A DNA stretch of 64,000 nt from Candidatus Eiseniibacteriota bacterium (GTDB lineage: Bacteria; Eisenbacteria; RBG-16-71-46; JABDJR01): the NCBI GenBank assembly GCA_963762255.1, contig CAVXKA010000002.1:1152001-1216000 (forward strand). The letters are read 5' to 3'. The notes below the pieces were generated by a model that did no database searches, was not told the origin of the DNA, and saw only the letters and a list, made by a program, of their open reading frames with translations. Made by a program: the position numbers and the translations under genes. Shown here piece by piece: positions 9,359-18,137 of the stretch. The stretch's first letter is position 1; each line of letters starts with the position of its first letter.

Positions 9359-10207
9359 ATGGCTGCAAGCACCCCTCTTCTCCCCGACGGCATCTACAAG
9401 GGCTCCACTGCATTTGTGACCGGCGGGGGCACCGGCCTTGGCCTCGCCGCCTCCACCCGTTTCGGGCGGCTCGGCGCCAACGTCGTCTGTGCGAGCCGCG
9501 ATACCGGCCACCACGCGGAACTGGTTGGCCGCGGCGCCGCCGAGGGATTCGAGGTGCTGAGCCTAGCCCTCGACGTGCGGGACGCCGGCTCCGTCGCGGA
9601 AGCGGTGCGCGCAGCGGTGGACCGCTTCGGCGCCATCGACGTCCTGGTCAACAATGCGGCCGGCAACTTCATCCGTCCATCCATGCAGCTCGCGCCAAAA
9701 GGGTTCGCCACCGTAATCGACATCGCGCTGAACGGCGTGTTCAACATGTCGCGCGAGGTGGGCCGCGCGATGCGGGAACGCGGCGGCTCGATCGTGAACA
9801 TCTCGGCCCCCTACGCGCGGGACGGCAAGCCCGGCGTTGTGCACTCCGTCTGCGCGAAGGCGGGCGTCGAAGCGATGACCCGCACGCTGGCCGCCGAGTG
9901 GGCGCCCTATCGCATCCGCGTGAACGCGATATCGCCGGGTCCTTTCTACAGCGCCGGCGCCGCCGAGCGGCTCTGGCCTACTCCTGAGCTGGAGCGCGCG
10001 GTCCTGGGGCAGATCCCGCTCGGTCGTTTCGGCACCGTCGAGGAGATCGCGGAGCTGGTGTGCTTCATCGCGAGCCCCGCCGCGGAGTGGATCACCGGGA
10101 CGATCCTTGTCGCCGACGGCGGGTGGAGCCTACCCGCTCCACTGGTGGACGCGGGTGCGGAAGGCATACCGAGGCGCCGCCGAGTCAAAGACGACGCTGA
10201 GGGGTGA
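9359..10207 (+). CDS. SDR oxidoreductase, 2,4-dienoyl-CoA reductase-like
   Basis: VTGGGTGLG, NNAAGNFI, HSVCAKAGVEAMTRTLAAEW, RVNAISPG. Confidence 0.92.
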   Translation: MAASTPLLPDGIYKGSTAFVTGGGTGLGLAASTRFGRLGANVVCASRDTGHHAELVGRGAAEGFEVLSLALDVRDAGSVAEAVRAAVDRFGAIDVLVNNAAGNFIRPSMQLAPKGFATVIDIALNGVFNMSREVGRAMRERGGSIVNISAPYARDGKPGVVHSVCAKAGVEAMTRTLAAEWAPYRIRVNAISPGPFYSAGAAERLWPTPELERAVLGQIPLGRFGTVEEIAELVCFIASPAAEWITGTILVADGGWSLPAPLVDAGAEGIPRRRRVKDDAEG

Positions 10208-10223
10208 GCGTCGGCCAACCGCG

Positions 10224-11312
10224 TCACACCTTGAAGTGAAATTGCAGGACGTCCTTGTCCTGGACGACGTGATCGCGCCCCACCGTGTGGAGCAGGCCGT
10301 GGTCGTGCAAGGCCTGTCGGGTGCGGTGCTGGAGGACGTCGTGCAGGGCCATCACCTCGGCGCGTATGAACCCCCGCTCCATGTCGCTGTGTACCTGCCC
10401 CGCCGCCTCCGCGGCGGTGCGCCCCCGGCGCAGTGACCACGCGCGCAGTTTCTCGTTGGCGATCGTGTAGAAGGTGATGAGGTCGAGCAGCCGGTAGCAG
10501 GCGGCGACAACCAATCCAAGCGCGGTCTCCTCGAGACCCATCTCCATGAGGAACGTGACCTGCTCGTCGGGCGGAAGCTCCGAGATCTCCTCCTCGATGC
10601 GCACGGAGACCGGGATCACGCGCTCGGCGCTCTTGACCTGCCGGAGCGCGGCGACCAGCGGTCCTTCGCCGCGTGGATCGTCTTCGCCGGTGTTGGCCAC
10701 GTAGAGGACGGGCTTCGCGGTGAGGAGGCCCAACTCGCGGACGGTCTGGCGATCGCGATCGGTGAGGCCGAGCGCACTCACCAGCGCCCCTTTCTTGAGC
10801 GCCTCACCCACGTGATGGAGTGTCGCCTCGCGTTCCCGATCCTCCGTCTTGCCGCTCTTGGCGGCGTTGGCAACCTTGCGGCTCGCCCGCTCGACGGTGT
10901 CCAAATCGGCGAGCAGGAACTCCGTTTCGACGATCCCCGCGTCGCGCACCGGATCGGTCGCACCGGCGGCGTGGGCGACGTTGGGATCCTCGAAACAGCG
11001 CACGACGTGGAGGACGACGTCCACCTCGCGGATGTGGGCGAGGAACTTGTTGCCGAGGCCTTCGCCTCGGCTGGCTCCTTCGACCAGACCGGCGATGTCG
11101 ACGAAGGTCACCGCGGCGGGCACGGTCTCCTGCGGGGCAAGCACTTCCTGCAACAGCAGGAGATCGAGGTCGGGCACCGGAGCGATCCCCACGTTCTTCT
11201 CGATCGTGCAGAAGGGATAGTTCGACGCTTCAGCCCCCGCGTGGGTCAGCGCGTTCAAGAGCGTCGACTTGCCGACGTTGGGGAGCCCGGCGATACCCAC
11301 GGAGAGACTCAT
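10224..11312 (-). CDS. ychF: Ribosome-binding ATPase YchF
   Basis: GLPNVGKSTL, NYPFCTIE, DIAGLVEGASRGEGLGNKFL, HSDMERGFIRAEV. Confidence 0.97.
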   Translation of the reverse strand: MSLSVGIAGLPNVGKSTLLNALTHAGAEASNYPFCTIEKNVGIAPVPDLDLLLLQEVLAPQETVPAAVTFVDIAGLVEGASRGEGLGNKFLAHIREVDVVLHVVRCFEDPNVAHAAGATDPVRDAGIVETEFLLADLDTVERASRKVANAAKSGKTEDREREATLHHVGEALKKGALVSALGLTDRDRQTVRELGLLTAKPVLYVANTGEDDPRGEGPLVAALRQVKSAERVIPVSVRIEEEISELPPDEQVTFLMEMGLEETALGLVVAACYRLLDLITFYTIANEKLRAWSLRRGRTAAEAAGQVHSDMERGFIRAEVMALHDVLQHRTRQALHDHGLLHTVGRDHVVQDKDVLQFHFKV

Positions 11313-11476
11313 GCTTCACCTCCCGCACATGAGAGCCGCGGGCTGGGGGGCGGCCCGCGAGGCCGATTCTCTTGCAGCAGCAGCCGGGTGTCCAGCCGGA
11401 GAGGATCGGCGTATCGTTGCCCCGACGTACGCTGGCGCCTCGGCAGGTTTGGCGGCGGCGGCCCAAAGGAGTAGCG

Positions 11477-13042
11477 ATGATGCGGAACCGCGCTTGGATC
11501 GTTACCGTCGGTCTTCTGAGTTGTCTTCTGGGCGTGCGCGAAGGCGCCGCCGCGACGGGGACGGCCAGCCCCATCCTCGTCCAGAAGAGTCAGAGCGAAC
11601 TCGAACTCGATCTGGGGATGATGGTGCGCGATCTCCTCCCTCCCATCCTGGAGACGATGAAGCTCGAGGACGAGGCGAAGGCGGCGAAAGCGCAGTCCCT
11701 CATCGACCTGATCGGTCTCGGCGCGCTGGATCGCCTCCACATGACTTCCACCGCCGACGAACAGGGCTCGCACACCACGATCACGGTAAGCGTCGATCCG
11801 ACGGTTCATGGCGGGCTCTTGAGCGCGATGCTCTCGCTGCCACCGGGCGAGTTTCGCTTCGCGCGATACGTGCGACCGGACGACGCGCTTCTGGTGGCGT
11901 CGCTCCAGAACTTCGCGCAAGGCGCTAGCACGGTCCTCGAAGAGATGATCGAGCATCAGGCGGATGGACCGATCTCGTTCGCCCCCCCGGGAGCAGACAG
12001 CACGTTCATCCGCATCGCGACCGACCTGCAGAGAGACGTGATGCCGCTCTTGGCGGGCGAGCTGGACGTGCTCCTCTTCCCCTCTGATCCGGAGAACGCG
12101 TCCAAGATTCCGCCCATGGCGCTGGTGCTGGGAAGCAAGGATGGCATGCAACTTCGAGAGCGCATCTTCGATCTTCTCGCTCCCAAACTGGGGGAGGAGC
12201 AGATCGCTGCCCTCGAGGCCATGCCCGCGGAAACCGTGGGTGACTTCGCGTTCTACTCCCTCCCGGTCGGCTGGTCCTACGCAGTGAGCCCCGACTTCCT
12301 GATCGTCACCACCGACGCGACACGGCTTCGCGGGATGCTGGCCGAGCCGATCGGGACGCTCACCGTGCCGCCGGGGAGGCACTACCTGCGCGTCGACGGG
12401 AGGTTCTTCGCCGACATGCTGACCGCAAGGATGGCGGCGCTGAATCCGTCATCCCCCGACGCGCGGCTCAGGACCGAGGCGCTGCAGGCGATCGGAAAGG
12501 CGTCGGCGGGAGCCATCGAGATGTTCACCACGAGCGAGCCGAACCGCTGGATGATCGATATCCGCCAGCAGGGATCCATGATGGATCTGCAATACGCCGC
12601 GCTGCGGGAGATGCTCCTGGCGGCGCCGCGCATGAAGGCGCTGGAGATGCGGGGGAAGCGGTATCACGAAGCGGTGGCGAGGATGGACGAGGCCATGACC
12701 CGCTACGGCGAGGAACATGAGGGCGTGTTCCCGAAGAAGCTGGAGACCCTGGTCAAGGAGGGTTACCTCGACGCGCTCCCCGACCTCAAGGCGACACCTC
12801 TGGGGGTGTACGTGGAGGAAAGCTATACATACCTTCCACTCCGCGACGAGGACGGCGTCGTGACGGGCTACTACTACTTCGTCTACGGTGTGGATCCAAA
12901 CGGCGGGCACGACATCCTGACCCCGGGAAGCGTCGCCGACCCGGGCAACTTTGTAGCCGCCCGCGACGGCAAGCCTGACGGGATCGTCTCGTTCTGCTAC
13001 GACGGCACCGCCGTGCGGCAGGTGGAGGCGTGGCGCGAGTAA
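11477..13042 (+). CDS. Secreted protein, DUF3352-like body with a C-terminal pseudopilin(GspG)-like segment
   Basis: Signal peptide; AAGGAG RBS; C-terminal YGEEHEGVFPKKLETLVKEGYLDALP resembles type II pseudopilin C-terminal domains. Confidence 0.65.
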   Translation: MMRNRAWIVTVGLLSCLLGVREGAAATGTASPILVQKSQSELELDLGMMVRDLLPPILETMKLEDEAKAAKAQSLIDLIGLGALDRLHMTSTADEQGSHTTITVSVDPTVHGGLLSAMLSLPPGEFRFARYVRPDDALLVASLQNFAQGASTVLEEMIEHQADGPISFAPPGADSTFIRIATDLQRDVMPLLAGELDVLLFPSDPENASKIPPMALVLGSKDGMQLRERIFDLLAPKLGEEQIAALEAMPAETVGDFAFYSLPVGWSYAVSPDFLIVTTDATRLRGMLAEPIGTLTVPPGRHYLRVDGRFFADMLTARMAALNPSSPDARLRTEALQAIGKASAGAIEMFTTSEPNRWMIDIRQQGSMMDLQYAALREMLLAAPRMKALEMRGKRYHEAVARMDEAMTRYGEEHEGVFPKKLETLVKEGYLDALPDLKATPLGVYVEESYTYLPLRDEDGVVTGYYYFVYGVDPNGGHDILTPGSVADPGNFVAARDGKPDGIVSFCYDGTAVRQVEAWRE

Positions 13043-13087
13043 CGCGCCGAGGCGGCGGTCCAGCCACCCCCGCATCGCCCCTCCGAC

Positions 13088-14434
13088 CTATGCGGTAGCT
13101 TGCTTCCGATCGATCCGGCGCGTCACGATGATGTAGACGATCATGAGCGTCAGCGAAACCGCGCCTACGCCCGCGAACGCATACCACAGGTAGTGCGCGT
13201 GGGCATAGGCCTCCGGCATCGGGGCCTGCCCCAACAGCGCCAACTCGTGTTGCTGGCGAACGGCCTCGGGCAGCGAACTGGGCTCGGGGCAGAACGCCTT
13301 CAACAGGTAGCCGGCGAAGATGAAGCCGAAGAGCCAGGCGAAGAACGTGTTGAGGTGGGCATAGCCCAGATAGAGCCCCTCACGCCCCTTGGGCGCCTGC
13401 TTCGACGCGTACTCCAGGTACTTGGGGCTCAAGAAACACTCCGCCAGCCCCTGAATCGCGATCCCCACCACCATCATCGCGGTGATCGGGTGCACGGCGA
13501 TCCCGAACAGGTTGATCGGACCGCGGAAGAGGTGCGCCGCCGACATGGCCAGCGACGAGAGCGGGATGAGCGTCATGGCGACCAGCATCGACCACTCGGG
13601 CTTCCACTTCCGTACGAGCTGGGTGATGGCCACCACGAAGAGTACGACCACCAACGGGTTCACGTTGGCGTACCACTCGGGCTTGTAGGTCTCCCCCGCC
13701 ATGCGCATCACGTAGTCGGGCATCGACGCGTAGAGTTGACCCTGGATCGCCCAGAACCCGGCGGTGATGAGGATAAGAGACGAGAACCGCAGGTTGCCCA
13801 GCGCCGCTTTCATCCCCTGCAGCGTCTCGCGCACGCTGCGCGGGCGATCCGCGCCGCTATCCTTCGGCCAGTAGAACGCGGCTACGATCAAGAGCGCAAT
13901 GAGGGCCGCCGCAGCCGAGAAGAACGGCACCTTGTCCACACCGAGCTGAATGCGGATGGGGGCCACGATGGTCTTGCCGGTGAACGAGCCGATGTTGACC
14001 ATCATGTAGAAGATGCTGAAGGCGCGCGCCCGGTTGGTCTCGTCGGATAGCTTGGCGGCGGTACCGGTGATGATCGGCTTGACGAAGGCGCCACCCACCA
14101 CGATCAGCGAGAGCCCTACCAGCACCGGCCCCAGCGTGCTGACCATCCCGAGGGAGCCGTAGCCCACGGTGAGCAACGTGAATGCCAAGAGGAGGCCGTT
14201 CCGGAATCCCATCCGGTCGGCGAGGGCGCCGGTGAAGAACGGCAGGAGATAGATGATCGCGCCGAAGAGCCCGGCCACGAACCCCGCCTGCACGTCGTCG
14301 AGGTGCACGACACGCAGCAGGTACGTGCGCAGCGCGATGAAGGTGCCGTAGTACGCGGCCCGCTCGCAGAGTTCGACGACGTTGGCCGTCCAGAACGCGC
14401 GCGGGAACCGCCAGGTGGTCTTCGTGTCCGTCAT
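13088..14434 (-). CDS. MFS transporter, POT/peptide-like
   Basis: ELCERAAYYG motif, GALADRMGFR, AFSIFYMMVNIGS; about 12 hydrophobic segments; GAGGGG RBS. Confidence 0.9.
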   Translation of the reverse strand: MTDTKTTWRFPRAFWTANVVELCERAAYYGTFIALRTYLLRVVHLDDVQAGFVAGLFGAIIYLLPFFTGALADRMGFRNGLLLAFTLLTVGYGSLGMVSTLGPVLVGLSLIVVGGAFVKPIITGTAAKLSDETNRARAFSIFYMMVNIGSFTGKTIVAPIRIQLGVDKVPFFSAAAALIALLIVAAFYWPKDSGADRPRSVRETLQGMKAALGNLRFSSLILITAGFWAIQGQLYASMPDYVMRMAGETYKPEWYANVNPLVVVLFVVAITQLVRKWKPEWSMLVAMTLIPLSSLAMSAAHLFRGPINLFGIAVHPITAMMVVGIAIQGLAECFLSPKYLEYASKQAPKGREGLYLGYAHLNTFFAWLFGFIFAGYLLKAFCPEPSSLPEAVRQQHELALLGQAPMPEAYAHAHYLWYAFAGVGAVSLTLMIVYIIVTRRIDRKQATA

Positions 14435-14554
14435 GCGTCTCCCCCTCTTCCTGCAACACCGTCTGCGCCGGGCATGGCGGCGAAGTATAGCAATCCGACC
14501 GGGCGGGAACGAGGAATTCACCCGCGGACCATGCAGGGATGATCCACCTCTGGA

Positions 14555-16396
14555 TCAGGAATTGCGACGGATGGAGGCGACCCAACCCAGCCACTCGCTC
14601 AGGACGGCCAGCGTCCAGATCGCACGCGCATGGTCCGCTTTGCGCCCGCGATGCTCCTTCAGAATGGTCAGCGCCGCGTTCGGATCCACCCCCACCTCGC
14701 ACATGCCGGGATCACCCAAACGCTCGGCGGCCCAGTCGTAGAGTTCCTCGCGAAGCCAGCCGGCCAGGGGCACCGAGAGGCCGCGCTTCTTCCGGTGGAC
14801 GATCCGCGCGGGAAGATATCGAATCGCATAACGTTTGAGGAAGAGCTTCGTCTTCACCCCGCGCACTCGGTCGTCTTCCCGCAGTGTGGCGGCAAACTCC
14901 ATCACATCGCGATCCAGGAACGGCGCGCGCAGCTCCAGGGCCGAACTCATGCTGGCCCGGTCCGCCTTGGTGAGAAGCCCCTCGGCGAGTGACGTCTCCA
15001 GATCGTGCCGCTGCACGGAGTCGAGGATCGAGGGGAGCGCGTCCATTCCCACGACGGGCAGCTGCACTCCCAACCGGCGCAACAGATCGGGCGGAATGTT
15101 TGAGGTCCAGAGGAGATGGCGGTCGCCCCCGGTCAACTCCGCTCCGGCCACGAACTTCTTGAGAAGGAACGAGAGCGTCACCTTCTTGTCGCCGGGGGGC
15201 CACGCCTCCACCGCTCGGCGGATCGGCGCCTTGATCCACCGAGGAAGCGACGCGTAGCGCCCGCCCACCAGAGCGCCTATGTACGTGGGATAGCCGCCGA
15301 AGAGTTCGTCGGCGCCCTCTCCCACCAGCGCGACCTTCACGTCCTCCGCTGCGCGCCGCGCCAGAAGCGCGGTCGGAATCCAGGCGGGATCGGCCAGCGG
15401 CTCGCCCACCATGGAGATCAAGCGGCTCAGTTCCCTGGGGAAGTCGCCCGCTCCGACCCACACGGGCACCGCTCGCACACCGAGCGTCCGCGCCACCAGC
15501 GCTGCGGCGTCGCCCTCATCGTACGAGGCTTCCGAGAACCGCAGCGTGTAGGCGGAGAAGTCCGCGTCGGGGCGCAGAGTCTTCGCTACCGCCGTCACCA
15601 GCGACGAATCGACCCCGCCGCTCAGGAACACGCCGAACGGGACGTCGTTCTCGCTCTGGAGATGCACGGCCCGGCGAAAGATCGTGTCGAAGCGGTCGAG
15701 CGAAGCGGGCTTCTTGGCCACGTGTCCCACCGGCCAGCGCCACGTGCGCTCGCAGCGCACTGCGCCGCCTTCGAACACGATCCGCTCGGCGGGGGCCACC
15801 TTGCGGATCTCGAAGAAGGGCGATGCGGGCGCGGTGAAGCTCCCGAAACGCATGTATCGGGCTACGGCGTTGCGGTCGACGGTCAAGCGCAGCGAACGAT
15901 CGGTGGCGAGCGCCGAGATCTCGGTGGCGAACGTCACCCCATCCTCCGTGCGCATGTAGAACAGCGGACGCTCACCGGCGCGGTCGCGTGCAAGGATGAG
16001 CCGCCGATGCCGCGGGTCGTAGAGAGCGAGGGCGAACGCACCCACGAGTTCCTTGACGAAGTCCTCGCCCAGCTCCAGGTAGAGGGCCGGGATGACCGCC
16101 ACGTCCGTGCGCATCTCCACGCGTCGTCCACGCGAGGCGAGGAAGTCGCGCAACTCGGCGTGATTGTCGATCTCGCCGTTGCACACCGCGATCACGCCGG
16201 TGTCGGCGTCGATGATCGGTTGCCTGCCGCTGTCCACGCCGCGGATGGCGAGACGGGTGACGCCGAGGAGCGCGTGGGCGGGTCCGCCGATCCCCGATTC
16301 GTCCGGTCCGCGGTGGAGCATCGCGTCCATCATCGCCTGCACCCGCACGCGATCCGCATCCAAGCCCCGGCCCACGACACCGCACACGCCGCACAT
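14555..16396 (-). CDS. asnB: Asparagine synthase (glutamine-hydrolysing) family amidotransferase
   Basis: MCGVCG N-terminus, HRGPD, NGEIDN, LSGGVDSS, GEGADELFGGY, ELRAPFLD. Confidence 0.92.
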   Translation of the reverse strand: MCGVCGVVGRGLDADRVRVQAMMDAMLHRGPDESGIGGPAHALLGVTRLAIRGVDSGRQPIIDADTGVIAVCNGEIDNHAELRDFLASRGRRVEMRTDVAVIPALYLELGEDFVKELVGAFALALYDPRHRRLILARDRAGERPLFYMRTEDGVTFATEISALATDRSLRLTVDRNAVARYMRFGSFTAPASPFFEIRKVAPAERIVFEGGAVRCERTWRWPVGHVAKKPASLDRFDTIFRRAVHLQSENDVPFGVFLSGGVDSSLVTAVAKTLRPDADFSAYTLRFSEASYDEGDAAALVARTLGVRAVPVWVGAGDFPRELSRLISMVGEPLADPAWIPTALLARRAAEDVKVALVGEGADELFGGYPTYIGALVGGRYASLPRWIKAPIRRAVEAWPPGDKKVTLSFLLKKFVAGAELTGGDRHLLWTSNIPPDLLRRLGVQLPVVGMDALPSILDSVQRHDLETSLAEGLLTKADRASMSSALELRAPFLDRDVMEFAATLREDDRVRGVKTKLFLKRYAIRYLPARIVHRKKRGLSVPLAGWLREELYDWAAERLGDPGMCEVGVDPNAALTILKEHRGRKADHARAIWTLAVLSEWLGWVASIRRNS

Positions 16397-16397
16397 A

Positions 16398-18125
16398 TCA
16401 GGGTCGCCCTTCGAGCGGGGCGGCGCTCGCCGGCGGAAGCTCTACACCGTGCCAGCCCGCGCCGAGATCGGCGGGCTCGCGGCCGCGCTCCGCAGCCACG
16501 GCGCGCAGCGCCTCCAAACGCCGCTTGTGCGCAAGCAGATAGACCGGATGCGTGCGCGATGCGAGCCAACCCGGAAACTCTTCGAGGCGCACCACGCCGG
16601 GCGGCCAGGTCTGGGCGCGCCGAAGCGTATAGAGGACGTAGTTGCTGGTGAGTTCACCGCCGTCCTTCGTGATGACGGTCATCGTGCGGCCGAGATAGAA
16701 GGAGAGTCCGTTCGGATAGCACTCGAGACCGGCCAACTCCGTCGTCTCGGGAAGTGCGGGCAGACGCGCGGCTAGCGCGCGCGCGGAGCTTGCCTCGGCG
16801 TACTCCCGCACGCCGCCGAAGCTCACGGTGATCAGGGAAAGCGGGAAGAGCAGGAACGCGGCGAACGCCAGCGGGACGCGCCGGCTCCACGCCGCCGCGA
16901 TCGCGGCCGCCGCCACCGCTGCCAGCGAGATCGCCGCGGGGAGGAAGGCTGCGTCGAGGCGATCGAACTCACGGCTGCGGATGTGGAGAAGGCGCTGCAG
17001 CGTCCCCGGATCGGCGACGTTGAGTCCGCAGAGCGCGGCGCCCGCGGCGGCAAGTGCGGCCAACACGAGCGCCCCGCGAAAGACGGTCCCCGCCGCGGAG
17101 CCGGTTCGGTCGCGCCACGCCAGCGCGAAGAGACGCCCCACGAGCACCGCCGCGGCCACGGCCCCGGTCAAGATGTAGCCCGGGAGCTTGGACTGGGACG
17201 TGGAGAAGAAGAGCACGACCACGACCGCCCACACCGCGAAGAGGCGATCGAGGCGTGCGAGCCCGCGCCAGCCGCGCACCACGCGCGCGGACCCTTCGAA
17301 GAGAAGCGCGCTCCAGGGGAAGAGGACCGCGATCGTCACCGGTGCGTAGTAGTACCAGGGCGCGGTGCGATGAAAGGACGTCGTGGTGTAGCGGCGAAAG
17401 GTCTCCTCGACGAGTCCGTAGTCGGGAAAATCGGGGCGTTGCGCGGTGACGGCCAGGAACCACGGCAGCACGACCGCGAAGAAGGCGAAGAGGTTCAGCG
17501 GCGCGAAGAACCGGCGGAGCGCGGCGCCGTCGCGCTCCACCGCGAAGAACGCGAGCACGACCAGCGACGGAACGATGAAACCCACCGGGCCTTTCACCAG
17601 CACGGCGACTCCGGCGGATGCCGCGCCCGCGACCCACCATGCGCGACGCGCCGCGCCCGCCGAGGCCTCGGCGAGGTAGGCCGCACCGATCGCGACCGAC
17701 ACGAAGAACGCCAGCGCCATGTCGAAGATGACCATGCGGGCGAAGGCGAAGTAGAGCGGGGTCGCCGCCACGACGATGGAGATCAGCGCGGCGCTCCGCG
17801 CGCCCGCTTCGCGACGGCAGAAGGCATAGAGCGCCGCGAGCAGTCCCAACGCGAAAAGGGCTGAAGGAAGCCGCGCAGCGGTCTCCGTATCTCCCAGTAG
17901 AGCCAGCGAGAGCGCCACCGTCTTGAAGTAAAGCGCCGGTTTGTCCATGTAGGGAAGGCCGTCATAGGTCGGGATCAACCACGCGCCGGAGACCTTCATC
18001 TCGCGCGCGACCTCGGCGTTGCGCCCTTCATCGGGCTGGATCAGCGGGAGATCCCCCAGGCGCGCGAAGAGCAGAATCAGCGCGGCCGCGGCGGCGATCC
18101 AGGTGAGCGGGGCGGGACGGCGCAT
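16398..18125 (-). CDS. ArnT/GT83-like membrane glycosyltransferase
   Basis: PDEGRNAEVAREM, DKPALYF, LVKGPVG, SQSKLPGYIL. Confidence 0.9.
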   Translation of the reverse strand: MRRPAPLTWIAAAAALILLFARLGDLPLIQPDEGRNAEVAREMKVSGAWLIPTYDGLPYMDKPALYFKTVALSLALLGDTETAARLPSALFALGLLAALYAFCRREAGARSAALISIVVAATPLYFAFARMVIFDMALAFFVSVAIGAAYLAEASAGAARRAWWVAGAASAGVAVLVKGPVGFIVPSLVVLAFFAVERDGAALRRFFAPLNLFAFFAVVLPWFLAVTAQRPDFPDYGLVEETFRRYTTTSFHRTAPWYYYAPVTIAVLFPWSALLFEGSARVVRGWRGLARLDRLFAVWAVVVVLFFSTSQSKLPGYILTGAVAAAVLVGRLFALAWRDRTGSAAGTVFRGALVLAALAAAGAALCGLNVADPGTLQRLLHIRSREFDRLDAAFLPAAISLAAVAAAAIAAAWSRRVPLAFAAFLLFPLSLITVSFGGVREYAEASSARALAARLPALPETTELAGLECYPNGLSFYLGRTMTVITKDGGELTSNYVLYTLRRAQTWPPGVVRLEEFPGWLASRTHPVYLLAHKRRLEALRAVAAERGREPADLGAGWHGVELPPASAAPLEGRP

Positions 18126-18137
18126 GGAGTCCTGCGC

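Noticed and set aside
14555-16396. AsnB as a lasso-peptide cyclase
   Set aside because: Retains the N-terminal catalytic Cys glutaminase domain; no precursor, RRE or B2 protease nearby.
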